Virus record (IMG/VR): IMGVR_UViG_3300021964_000012
Coordinates: 62,001 to 126,000 of that record
DNA length: 64,000 nucleotides
Reading direction: 5' to 3' (one strand)
Both the position numbers and the translations under genes were made by a program. The notes beneath the pieces were generated by a model that did no database searches, was not told the origin of the DNA, and worked only from the letters and a program-made list of their open reading frames with translations. Within the stretch, counting starts at the first letter, position 1; the number at the start of each line of letters is the position of its first letter. This document shows positions 28,691 to 37,947 of this stretch, one piece after another.

Positions 28691-29547
28691 CCATAACTTT
28701 GACTTAATCGCCACATTAGATATTCTTTTGATTCAATTGGGTCGTAATGGTTTGGTTCTTTTAGTAGATTTTCAACTATTGTGCCTGGTTCAGGATCCAC
28801 AAAGTGTGGCATACTGTATCTTGGTAAATGACAGTAACTGTTTTCTACTCTATGACGTGTGCTTTTGAAGTAGTCGTTTGTCCAACGTTGTAGTAGGTCG
28901 CCAATGTTAACAACAACTCCATTCCAAACATATGGCACGGCATGCCATTTGCCATCTAAATCTTCAACTTCTAGTCCTGGCACACTGTCAAGTTGCCATA
29001 AGAGTGTAATAGTGCCATAGTCTGAATGTTCGCCAATACGTAGCATTCTATCTTCAGTTGGTTTCATTGCTGGATAATGTATAACTCTAGTTGTGTTATA
29101 AGGACGTCTATGTGCATCTACCAGTGTAGTGCCCGAATCTAGTATTAGATCAAATTTATGCAGTATGTCCAATGTAAGTCTATCTGCAATGTCAATTGAT
29201 TGCAGTGCAAGTTCTTTAAAATTTTCTATATCAGTAGGCCAAAGTTCATCTGGCATACGAGTGTTGTTGTAGTTGAAACTTTCTTTCATATCTTTAGGAG
29301 CAGTAGGGTCTACATTTTCTGCGCCTACTATGCTATAGCCTAAATTGTTTTCTGCTTGATATTTGTATTTGTTTTTTGTGTCTTGATCTTGATCAAAAAA
29401 ATCTTGCATTAGTTCCCACCAAGATTTCATATCACTTTGATCTTTGTTGTTAAGTGCATGTTGAAAGACTGCAAAGCCTACTGTGGTGTAGGCTTCGCGA
29501 ATCTCTTCCAGTATGTTTTTACTATTGTAATCAATAACTGGAATCAT
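28687..29547 (-). CDS. isopenicillin-N-synthase-like 2OG-Fe(II) dioxygenase
   Basis: IPVID, GF, HYP, GEHSDYGTITLL, NIGDLLQRWTND...STRHRV, RYS. Confidence 0.9.
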   Translation of the reverse strand: MIPVIDYNSKNILEEIREAYTTVGFAVFQHALNNKDQSDMKSWWELMQDFFDQDQDTKNKYKYQAENNLGYSIVGAENVDPTAPKDMKESFNYNNTRMPDELWPTDIENFKELALQSIDIADRLTLDILHKFDLILDSGTTLVDAHRRPYNTTRVIHYPAMKPTEDRMLRIGEHSDYGTITLLWQLDSVPGLEVEDLDGKWHAVPYVWNGVVVNIGDLLQRWTNDYFKSTRHRVENSYCHLPRYSMPHFVDPEPGTIVENLLKEPNHYDPIESKEYLMWRLSQSYG

Positions 29548-29549
29548 TT

Positions 29550-30617
29550 TTAGTTCCCTGGCACTTTAGCATCAATACCTTCAACATAGTACATCATGCT
29601 GTTGAGGTGAGCATCATCAGCAATTTCTCCAGCTTTTAACTGAATCTTTCCTGTGTTGTCTTTGATAGGACCTGTAAATGCAAAGTATTTGCCGGTCTTG
29701 ATACTATCTTTGATCTTTTGTGCAAATGCTTTTACGTCTGCTGGCATGTTTGTGAATGGAGCCATTTGTACTACGTCATCATTCATATGTCCAAAGTAGT
29801 CACCTGATTTCCAGTTACCATCAATTACTGCTTGTACTTTACTAATGTAGTAAGGTGACCAGTTATCGATTGTTGCAGTTAACTGAGCCTTTGGTGCAAA
29901 TTTGTATTGATCACTTGCTTGGCCAAAACCAAGTACACCTGCTTTTTCAGCAGTTTGTAGTGGTGCTGGTGAATCAGTGTGTTGTGCAACCATATCACAA
30001 CCTTCAGCAATCATAACGTCTGCAGCCTGTGCTTCTTTACCTGGATCATACCATGTGTTTACCCATACAATATCAATGTCAATATCTGGATTAACAGTCT
30101 TAGCACCTAGGTAGTAAGTGTTAATTTCACGAATAACTTCAGGTATCGGAAATGCGCCAACATAACAAATTTTATTTGTCTTAGTCATTAATCCAGCAAT
30201 AACACCTTGTACATGTCTTGCTTGATATAATCTTAAACCATAAGTTGCCATGTTTTTACTACGTTTGTAACCAGTAGCATGTTCAAATTTTACATTTGGA
30301 AAATCTTTAGCAACCTTTAGCATAGGCTCCATGTAACCAAAACTTGTTGCAAATATAATATCTGCACCTGATTTTGCCATGGCTCTAATAGCTCTTTCAC
30401 TATCAGGGCCATACTTTACATTTTCCAAATATACTGTTTCCACTTTGTCTCCAAAGTGCTTTTCAACATCTAATCTTCCGATGTCATGTCTGTAGGTCCA
30501 TCCATGGTCACCAATTGGTCCAACATAGATAAAACCTACTTTGATTTTGTCTCCAGCATGTGCAACACTGAAAAACATAACTGACAGTAATACTGCCAAT
30601 AATTTTAGAACGTTCAT
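29550..30617 (-). CDS. BMP-family (purine nucleoside-type) ABC substrate-binding protein
   Basis: Signal peptide; GFIYVGPIGDHGW, TSFGY, EHATGY, TWYDP, QHTDS motifs. Confidence 0.92.
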   Translation of the reverse strand: MNVLKLLAVLLSVMFFSVAHAGDKIKVGFIYVGPIGDHGWTYRHDIGRLDVEKHFGDKVETVYLENVKYGPDSERAIRAMAKSGADIIFATSFGYMEPMLKVAKDFPNVKFEHATGYKRSKNMATYGLRLYQARHVQGVIAGLMTKTNKICYVGAFPIPEVIREINTYYLGAKTVNPDIDIDIVWVNTWYDPGKEAQAADVMIAEGCDMVAQHTDSPAPLQTAEKAGVLGFGQASDQYKFAPKAQLTATIDNWSPYYISKVQAVIDGNWKSGDYFGHMNDDVVQMAPFTNMPADVKAFAQKIKDSIKTGKYFAFTGPIKDNTGKIQLKAGEIADDAHLNSMMYYVEGIDAKVPGN

Positions 30618-30669
30618 TTTGTTTCCTTCTCGAGGGTGTTAAGGCAGGATCGACTCTGCCATGGTTGAT

Positions 30670-31356
30670 TTATCGTGGACTATATTCTTGTTGCAACTTG
30701 ATATTGTCCATGAACTCCTTTTTTGTGCCAGAGTCAGTTTTGAATGCACCTTTAAGTACAGTGGTCTGTGTAAGACTACTGTGTGCCATTATGCCTCTGT
30801 TTTCACAACAACCATGTGTTGCTTGTATGTAAACACCAACATCTTCACTGTCAGTTGCTCTCATTATTTCTCTGGCTATGTCCATTGCAAGTTCTTCCTG
30901 CAATGTACCTCTTCTTGCACACCATTGTGCAATTCTTGTGTATTTGCTTAATCCTATTAGATGATCTGCGGCTAGTATACCAATATAAGCAGTTCCAGTA
31001 ACTGGTTGATGATGATGCGAACACATGCTCTTCAATTCGCTACGAACCACCAACATACCATCATATCTATCTTCAAGATGATTGGGAAAACTGGTTGCGT
31101 TTGGCATAGGACTGTATCTGCCTGCCATCAATTCATTGATATACATCTTAGCTAAACGTTTACCTGTGCCATGTGAGTTTGGATCATTTTCTCTGTCAAT
31201 GATCAAACTGTCAAGCACACCATTGAACTTTTCAGTAAGTTCTTCTATCAATGCTTCTTTGTCGCCGTCATGCAGATAACCACTGATGTTGTCACCAGCC
31301 CAATATCTTTTTTTGGCTTTTTTAATTCTTTGTGTAATTATATTGGAAATTGTCAT
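30670..31356 (-). CDS. folE: GTP cyclohydrolase I
   Basis: SMCSHHHQP, GLSK..R, R..LQE, HGCCENRG. Confidence 0.95.
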   Translation of the reverse strand: MTISNIITQRIKKAKKRYWAGDNISGYLHDGDKEALIEELTEKFNGVLDSLIIDRENDPNSHGTGKRLAKMYINELMAGRYSPMPNATSFPNHLEDRYDGMLVVRSELKSMCSHHHQPVTGTAYIGILAADHLIGLSKYTRIAQWCARRGTLQEELAMDIAREIMRATDSEDVGVYIQATHGCCENRGIMAHSSLTQTTVLKGAFKTDSGTKKEFMDNIKLQQEYSPR

Positions 31357-31403
31357 TTAGGATTCTCCGAGTTTGGGTCGAGGATGACCACAATAGTTTA
31401 CTT

Positions 31404-31432
31404 ATTGTACGATTATTTATACAACTGGTCAA
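31404..31432 (-). promoter_or_regulatory. sigma70-type promoter with internal ATAAATA box, for folE
   Basis: TTGACC-17 nt-TACAAT; ATAAATA at 31414-31420. Confidence 0.6.
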
Positions 31433-31433
31433 G

Positions 31434-32024
31434 TCAATCGATTATTTTTATCTTGGTCAAGTCAGGATAGTTAACCAGTTGAGATTGTTTGGTTTTCAGT
31501 TGATTATTTGCGAGCATGTACATTCCTTTCTCGCAATCTTCAATGCTGGGTTTATAATGATATCCAACACGAAAAGTTTTTTGATCTTGCCAGGGAGCTA
31601 TTGCTAGATCTCGACCATCATAGGCCATTTTTCTCAGTGTCTTCGCATCTCGTTCATTGTTAGTTAGAATAGCGCCACCATGTCCAATTTCAAGTCGTTT
31701 ACTGTGACCAAAACTTAAACATTGAAACTGACCTGCTCTATACATGTCACTGTCTAACCCTCTAGCACTATCCCATACATTTGTTAGTCCGATTCTATAT
31801 TCGTGTGTCCATTCAACTTTGTCATAGCGATAATCTATGTTGAGTTTGTGCATGGTCATTGGAATGCTTATGTAACTTCTGTATGGAAGATTTACTATGC
31901 TGACCTTTTGCATTCGCAAACAAAGTTCCACTGCATGAGTGCAACAGTCAGTAAGTACCACATGTGGTGCACCAGTATAATCACCGAGTGCCTTTTCAAA
32001 TTGTGCGAACTTTTCAAACCCCAC
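31434..32024 (-). CDS. short DegT/DnrJ/EryC1-family PLP aminotransferase
   Basis: FEKAL..Y.G, DCCTHA, WDSA, LSFGHSK (PLP Lys), GHGGAI, GR, GYHY; lacks the usual C-terminal domain. GTG start inferred. Confidence 0.75.
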   Translation of the reverse strand: MGFEKFAQFEKALGDYTGAPHVVLTDCCTHAVELCLRMQKVSIVNLPYRSYISIPMTMHKLNIDYRYDKVEWTHEYRIGLTNVWDSARGLDSDMYRAGQFQCLSFGHSKRLEIGHGGAILTNNERDAKTLRKMAYDGRDLAIAPWQDQKTFRVGYHYKPSIEDCEKGMYMLANNQLKTKQSQLVNYPDLTKIKIID

Positions 32025-32967
32025 AGTTATACCAATTCCATGCATGTTCTACAATGTCATCAACATGATATTCGTTTTGCCACTGGCATGTTTCATAGAA
32101 CTTTTTGTTACTTGCTACTAACGTATCTGGGTCACCTGGTCTGCCTGGACCTTCTACAACCGTACTAGGTTTACTTCCACTTACAGTGCAACACTTACGC
32201 AGTATCTCTAGATTACTTGCACCCATTCCTGTGCTTAAATTGTAAAATCCAGTACTTACTCTTGGTTCTGTGCAATAGAAGTGTGCTTTTGCAATATCAG
32301 ATACATGTACGTAGTCTCTTACACAGGTTCCATCTTCGGTTGCTAGGCCTGTGCCATTGAGTGTGAACTGTTTTTGTTCTTTAATTGCTTCCATTACTCT
32401 TGCGATAATGTGTGTGGCAGATTTTTCTTGTCCGTGTCTTCCTTTAGGATCTGCACCAGCAGCATTGAAATAACGCAATCCTACATAGTCTAGGTTATAT
32501 GCAACACCATATGCTTCAAGCATCTGTTCAACCATCAGTTTGCTTAGTCCATATGGTGATATTGGATTTTTTGGATCTTCTTCTGCTATTGGTGTCATCA
32601 TCGGATTACCATACACTGCGGCACTACTTGAAAAAACTATACGAGGATGCAGTTTCATACCAACAACATAATCTAGCATGCGTTTTGTAGCAACAAAGTT
32701 GTTTTCAAAATATCTGCTAGGATCTTTTATGCTTGGACCAACTAAACTACTACCAGCACAGTGTACTATAACATCTGTGTAGTGTAGTTGTCCGAGAGTT
32801 TGTTTGCTTTCAAAGTCGTCGTGTATGACATAATCCACAAAAGGTCCAAGTCTATCTGGAACAGGATTGCGATCAATAACAGTAACCTCCCATCCTTGTT
32901 CTTTAAAATATATAGCAGTTTGGCCACCAATGTAGCCTCCGCCACCAGTAATTGCTACTTGTTTCAT
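32014..32967 (-). CDS. galE: UDP-glucose 4-epimerase
   Basis: TGGGGYIG, FSSSAAVYG, PYGLSK, LRYFNAAGA, DGTCVRDYVHV, RPGDP. Confidence 0.92.
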   Translation of the reverse strand: MKQVAITGGGGYIGGQTAIYFKEQGWEVTVIDRNPVPDRLGPFVDYVIHDDFESKQTLGQLHYTDVIVHCAGSSLVGPSIKDPSRYFENNFVATKRMLDYVVGMKLHPRIVFSSSAAVYGNPMMTPIAEEDPKNPISPYGLSKLMVEQMLEAYGVAYNLDYVGLRYFNAAGADPKGRHGQEKSATHIIARVMEAIKEQKQFTLNGTGLATEDGTCVRDYVHVSDIAKAHFYCTEPRVSTGFYNLSTGMGASNLEILRKCCTVSGSKPSTVVEGPGRPGDPDTLVASNKKFYETCQWQNEYHVDDIVEHAWNWYNCGV

Positions 32968-33515
32968 GATAGGTTTGCTTTCCATAGTTTGTGTAAATAT
33001 TTTGCTTTGTCTTTGTTGATAGCAGATGTTAAGAAAAAATCAAGCCTATCTAGTACTTCATCTATGTCATCACTGAATAATTCATACACACTGATATTCA
33101 TAATATCTTCCATGTTGCTTCCAAAATAATTGTGCATCATATGCGGTTCATATAAAAATATTTGTTCATGATCAAAATAACCATCTAACTTTAGTTCTCC
33201 ATTACGTTTGTAAAGAATTGATCTGCATTCATATGTATCTGGTGATATGAGTATCCACTTTTTATTGTCTGTTTGGCGTATATCTTCTCTAATACTCATT
33301 ATTTCGCCAAAGTGGCCGTGTACTATATTGTTTTTATGATACTTTTCCTTTGTTAAGTTTGGTTCACCCTCAACTTCATGAACACCAATTTGCTTATTTT
33401 TTTTGTTTCTAGTATAAATTTGTTTATAGTAGTCAAAGTTATCTTCATTGAGATGAAGTATGTTCTTAAGATGGTTACCGCCGCCAAAAGGAACAAAGCA
33501 AATTATTATTTTCAT
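32964..33515 (-). CDS. hypothetical protein, sulfotransferase-like N-terminal loop
   Basis: FVPFGGGNHL resembles 34787..35392 (YIPGSAGNLL); both end with H-x-x-W / W-x-x-W. Confidence 0.45.
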   Translation of the reverse strand: MKIIICFVPFGGGNHLKNILHLNEDNFDYYKQIYTRNKKNKQIGVHEVEGEPNLTKEKYHKNNIVHGHFGEIMSIREDIRQTDNKKWILISPDTYECRSILYKRNGELKLDGYFDHEQIFLYEPHMMHNYFGSNMEDIMNISVYELFSDDIDEVLDRLDFFLTSAINKDKAKYLHKLWKANLS

Positions 33516-33544
33516 GAAAACAGTTCCTATTGTCAAGTGTCTTC

Positions 33545-34732
33545 TTAAATTTTTACAACTTGATACTTTGCACCAGCAACATGATCTCTATACCTGTTAC
33601 CTGTACGTAACCATTGTTCACCTTTGCCCTGCATGATGTCAACCACCCTATCAACAGTACCATCAGTATGATCGCTTATCAAGCCCATGTTGTGATGTGC
33701 TTCTTTTAGTAGGTTTCCTAGTTTAACTTCGACATCATCAATGCTCCAAGGCACATACAATCTGTTTGGATCGTTTGCAAATGTTTCTGGAAAACTTCTG
33801 TATGCTGGATACAGTACATTACAACCTAGTGCATCTGCTTCACTGACAGTGTTGCTTACCCAATCTTGTAAAGCACAGTTAAACAATACTCTACTATCAT
33901 TTAGTATTTTGTAGTATTCATGCTTTTGCAAGTTTTCGTGTATTTCTAGTATGCCACGTGCTTCAAGTTCTCTTGCACGAGTTATATATTTTTCATTGTT
34001 ACTACGCAATGGTCCACCTTGTAGTATTGCAAACGTTTGAGAACCTGGATGTTGTTCGCTATAACGTTCTACTAGATCCATAAAGAAGTCTGGTTGCTTC
34101 TCTTGATCAAATCTTGCACTAAAGCAAATCCTATTAGCACGTTCATGAAAAGGCTTTATCCGTTCGCCCAACCTTTCCTGAACTTCTGCTTTGCCAAATG
34201 CCAAGCCTGAGATATTGTATATAGGTGACTCCCAGCCAGCAATCTTCATGTGTGCTACCATTTCTTCATTGGTAGCCAAGACTGTGGCAAACTCACATAC
34301 CATCTTCTCATATAGGCCCATCCACTTGGACATTCCCCACACATGTACGAAATCATCTGGATCAATTGCTTGGGCAAGACAGCGTACATATACTCGGGGT
34401 CTTTGGGTACTTGGAATCTGATCCATAATATATGGCAGACTCTCTATACCCGGCTGAAACATATCTTCAAAGTAAATAACATCTTCTCCACCGCATTCAC
34501 CATTACGCATCATTTGCACTAGATTCATAATCTGGCTCATACCAAAATAACTGCGTCCATGTGCATCTAATACTTGTCCAACTGATATACTTTTTGAGTC
34601 ATCAATTGTTGTACCTGGAACATACACAACATCAAGTCCTCTACGATCAAACACACGTCGATTCCATTCAGTTAATTGTAATGTATATCGAGCTTCATAA
34701 GATTCAAGACCCATGTAGAATAGTTTACGCAT
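33545..34732 (-). CDS. GT-B (GT4-like) glycosyltransferase
   Basis: RFDQEKQP, LQDWVSNTVSEA..GC..LYP.YRSFPE (E-x7-E-like). Start refined to MRKLFYM with GGAG RBS. Confidence 0.75.
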   Translation of the reverse strand: MRKLFYMGLESYEARYTLQLTEWNRRVFDRRGLDVVYVPGTTIDDSKSISVGQVLDAHGRSYFGMSQIMNLVQMMRNGECGGEDVIYFEDMFQPGIESLPYIMDQIPSTQRPRVYVRCLAQAIDPDDFVHVWGMSKWMGLYEKMVCEFATVLATNEEMVAHMKIAGWESPIYNISGLAFGKAEVQERLGERIKPFHERANRICFSARFDQEKQPDFFMDLVERYSEQHPGSQTFAILQGGPLRSNNEKYITRARELEARGILEIHENLQKHEYYKILNDSRVLFNCALQDWVSNTVSEADALGCNVLYPAYRSFPETFANDPNRLYVPWSIDDVEVKLGNLLKEAHHNMGLISDHTDGTVDRVVDIMQGKGEQWLRTGNRYRDHVAGAKYQVVKI

Positions 34733-34757
34733 TTTTACTCCTTTGAAATATGTACTA

Positions 34758-34786
34758 ATAATAACAACCAATTAAATGGTTGTCAA
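34758..34786 (-). promoter_or_regulatory. sigma70-type promoter
   Basis: TTGACA-17 nt-TATTAT with TG. Confidence 0.65.
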
Positions 34787-35392
34787 CTATTTAGGTAACC
34801 GAACTAGGTGTGTTGTTTCTTTGTGCCATTTGTACCATATCTCTTTTACATAATCTCTATAGTATACAACGTCTATGATGTTACAAATTTTTTCTACTTC
34901 TGCACTAAATGTAGCATAAGCAATTAGAGCAGTAAAATTTATTGTATATGTTGATTCTTGTACTAAACTATGATACATTTTTATTTGTGAGTTTAAGAAA
35001 TCATTATGATCCAAGTCGGGCCGTTTTGTTTCGGCAAGTTTTTTAATTGTTTCCATGTCATCCGGAGCAATAAAAATTAGGTTTTGCCACTGATAATCAC
35101 CAGTCCAAAGATTGAGTTTACCATCTATAAATTGATCAGGATGAAGTCTATGTATCAATTTTAGAGAATTGGTTTCATGCACAAAAAAGTCGCCTTTGCC
35201 TTTTTGATATCCAACTTCTAATTCAGTTTCAGTTTTAAGCCAGTTTTTACTATTCCAATTATTGTATTCTTGAAATTTGCTGTTTAAAGTAGTAGCCTTA
35301 CCAAAAGGCACTGTAGATAGATCCAATGATAAACATCTTGTTAGCAAGTTTCCGGCACTTCCTGGAATATATACTATACATGCAGTAAGCAT
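34787..35392 (-). CDS. hypothetical protein, sulfotransferase-like N-terminal loop
   Basis: YIPGSAGNLL...HRLHP. Confidence 0.45.
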   Translation of the reverse strand: MLTACIVYIPGSAGNLLTRCLSLDLSTVPFGKATTLNSKFQEYNNWNSKNWLKTETELEVGYQKGKGDFFVHETNSLKLIHRLHPDQFIDGKLNLWTGDYQWQNLIFIAPDDMETIKKLAETKRPDLDHNDFLNSQIKMYHSLVQESTYTINFTALIAYATFSAEVEKICNIIDVVYYRDYVKEIWYKWHKETTHLVRLPK

Positions 35393-35667
35393 TAGAAGTC
35401 AACATCTCTTCCGTTTATATTGTAAGTACCGTGTGTGAAACCTCTATCCATCTTTTCGATTTCGGTCATGTCGTCACTATCAATCCTGCGATTAGGATCT
35501 CGTTTCATTTGTGCTAGACGGTCTTTTGCATTGTCTTTGCCACACACAGAGCATACGCCTGATGCACCACCGCAACTGCCGCTTACACGACGGCCTCTTA
35601 GGAGGCCTATACTCATTGCCAATACTGTAATTAATAAGATGACCAAGCATATTAAAAATGTCTCCAT
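35392..35667 (-). CDS. NqrM-like (Na+-NQR maturation, DUF539) membrane protein
   Basis: TM helix ending LAMSIG, then R-x-x-GSCGG...CSVC. Confidence 0.65.
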   Translation of the reverse strand: METFLICLVILLITVLAMSIGLLRGRRVSGSCGGASGVCSVCGKDNAKDRLAQMKRDPNRRIDSDDMTEIEKMDRGFTHGTYNINGRDVDF

Positions 35668-36717
35668 TTAGTATTCGTAATGTATATTTCTATCGCCTTG
35701 TAATATTAACATAGGACGGTCGTAATTGCTATTGTTAATTGAACAATGTGAAAAATATTGTTGATTGAAAAATGCTCCATCATTGATTGGCACTAAGCCT
35801 GCTGGCCCTAGTTTATACTTGTTTTTGTCTGCTTCTTTTTCTTGCAGATTAAGTAAAAATATTACTGGACCTTTAGTATAATACATTGCTTCTTTTATGC
35901 CATATGGATCTTGAATATATGCATCATCAATATGTGGTTTAAAACTTGCGCCTGCTGGTAATGTTTGTAAATTTATATCTAACATACGAGTAAAACCAAT
36001 CTGTTCACATAATTTTCGTAGTTCTTTGTTTTGAATTTGATCAAGTTCTGTAAACGGTAAGTGTGCATGCTCAGACATTACCTTACGATGCAATATGCGT
36101 GTCTTTCCATCTTGTTTTCCAAACTGTGAAATATCTTTATCAATTACCAATTTACAGTCTAATTCTATATCATGTATAATTTTTTGTCTGTCAATGTTTG
36201 AAATCTTCTCTGGTGGAACTATATCATAAGGTTCAGCCAATGATCCTTTTCTCCACCACCCAGGACCATGCCCTGCTCTATAATAACTTCTGATGCGTTC
36301 TGGCCAGATTGGATCGATATCAATAGGCTTGTCAACTGTATGCAAATAAAGAGGAAATTTGTCTAACCCATAATCTCCGTTTCTAATATTCTGTTGCATA
36401 AATATTTCTAGATATCCAAATTCTGTATGTAACCATATACTATAATAACCTTCTGTCCATACTGCATTTGCAGGTTGAAACCTTTTTCCTGTGCTAGACT
36501 CTGTAAAAAACCCTGTATAAAAATAATGTCGAAGTGTTTCACCATTTATTTTCATGTCACTAAGCTCTATTTTTTCTCCGGTGTATTCTAGTATAAAATT
36601 ATACCAACCAGGAGGTATATCAAATGATTCGTGATTTGTAAACTGTATTACTTCGTCTTTTAGGTTTTTTAGATAATATTTTCCTAAAGGTTTATCAGCA
36701 AAAATTTCAATCTTCAT
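35668..36717 (-). CDS. two-domain protein with C-terminal cupin 2OG-Fe(II)-type oxygenase
   Basis: PHIDD...HCSIN...R in the C-terminal half. Confidence 0.6.
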   Translation of the reverse strand: MKIEIFADKPLGKYYLKNLKDEVIQFTNHESFDIPPGWYNFILEYTGEKIELSDMKINGETLRHYFYTGFFTESSTGKRFQPANAVWTEGYYSIWLHTEFGYLEIFMQQNIRNGDYGLDKFPLYLHTVDKPIDIDPIWPERIRSYYRAGHGPGWWRKGSLAEPYDIVPPEKISNIDRQKIIHDIELDCKLVIDKDISQFGKQDGKTRILHRKVMSEHAHLPFTELDQIQNKELRKLCEQIGFTRMLDINLQTLPAGASFKPHIDDAYIQDPYGIKEAMYYTKGPVIFLLNLQEKEADKNKYKLGPAGLVPINDGAFFNQQYFSHCSINNSNYDRPMLILQGDRNIHYEY

Positions 36718-36718
36718 A

Positions 36719-37162
36719 TTAGTAACTTACGCAACAACCATTTTCTCCATCTTCACTGACTTCAATGGTTACGGCCCTTCCTGGGTATTTATTAGCTATT
36801 TGCAAATACAAATCATCCGCTATCATCTCACAGGACTTGTAGTCCAGCTCAAGCACTCCAGTGTCACCGTGTCCTTCACTTCCGTCCGGTACCATATCAT
36901 ACAATCGTTGTAGCCAACGTTTGAATTGTATAAATTCAATTTCTCTGTCGTCATGGAATACTTCGATTTGCACCCTGAAATGGAAAATATGACGATGAGG
37001 ATAACCAAGAAACGATACATCATCCCAACCTCCTGTTGCTAGTTTTGGATCATCCAATGCCGCTGGATACTTGTGAATACCTTCACGTTTAAAGGTTACC
37101 CAAATCTGCCTGGAGGCTTTGTCTTTTGCATTTTCAACGGCTTCACGTTCTGCTTGTATCAT
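36719..37162 (-). CDS. QueD-like T-fold protein, probable CDG decarboxylase (DpdL-like)
   Basis: EGIHKYP, LGYPHRHIFHF, DREIEF, SCEMIA, VSEDGENG. A second QueD-fold protein lacking the QueD C-x-x-x-HGH/Y motif. Confidence 0.7.
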   Translation of the reverse strand: MIQAEREAVENAKDKASRQIWVTFKREGIHKYPAALDDPKLATGGWDDVSFLGYPHRHIFHFRVQIEVFHDDREIEFIQFKRWLQRLYDMVPDGSEGHGDTGVLELDYKSCEMIADDLYLQIANKYPGRAVTIEVSEDGENGCCVSY

Positions 37163-37947
37163 ATTAACTCCTTGTAAAGTAAAGGATACCTTTTTTCTAT
37201 GGTATCTAATACGTTATCGCATATCATTTTGTGTCCTTCAGGACTAGGATGCCCAGGATGTAATCCTTTGTCATCATCAATATGATTGTACACTAAATCA
37301 CTCCATGGGTCAAGTACCAATTGCCACTCGTCAAATTTTGTTTTAAAAAAATTAAAAGCCGCAACGTATTCATGTGTTGAATAGTCATCAATATCCGCAC
37401 CTGTACTTCTTACCCAAGCATTTGGATCCTTGTCTATGTCTTGATATGCAGTTGCAAGATCATACTTAGCATTAGGTGAAGACCAACTGTTAAAAAATAT
37501 TACAGGACAGTTGAAATAGTTAGTAGCAAGTTCGTATATCTGCCATATTTGATTGAACATTTGGTATATGTATTCAACTTCGTCGTATACATCGTCTACA
37601 AAAAAAGCAAGCAATTTATTTTCATTAGTGAAATCACGATGAAATTTTACATCATTTTTCTTAGCAAATCTATCATTGATTATACCATGTCCTATATTCC
37701 AACTAGAGCCCATCTTACTTGGTAAATGCCAACGTGAATGTACAGTCAATCCTATTAAGATAAGTTTTGGTTTAGAATTTGTATGATATAATTTATAAAG
37801 GTTACTTAGAATTCTACTATTACTTCCACAACCAGCAGCCTGATTTATAACCTTACATTTAACACGTGATTGCAATACACAAGGCCAACTGTAATCAGGA
37901 TCTATATTACTACGTTGTGACCAAGAATCACCATTGACATAAATCAT
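37159..37947 (-). CDS. SGNH/GDSL-like hydrolase or acyltransferase
   Basis: MIYVNGDSW, NQAAGCGSN, T..SR, GHPSPEGH. Confidence 0.7.
   Translation of the reverse strand: MIYVNGDSWSQRSNIDPDYSWPCVLQSRVKCKVINQAAGCGSNSRILSNLYKLYHTNSKPKLILIGLTVHSRWHLPSKMGSSWNIGHGIINDRFAKKNDVKFHRDFTNENKLLAFFVDDVYDEVEYIYQMFNQIWQIYELATNYFNCPVIFFNSWSSPNAKYDLATAYQDIDKDPNAWVRSTGADIDDYSTHEYVAAFNFFKTKFDEWQLVLDPWSDLVYNHIDDDKGLHPGHPSPEGHKMICDNVLDTIEKRYPLLYKELI

Noticed and set aside
30643-30660. GGCAG/CTGCC hairpin upstream of the BMP gene as a purine riboswitch
   Set aside because: A single short stem with no three-way junction or purine-riboswitch consensus.
31363-31391. THF-II (folE motif) riboswitch
   Set aside because: Only a short AACUCG resemblance; the long enclosing helix of that class is absent.
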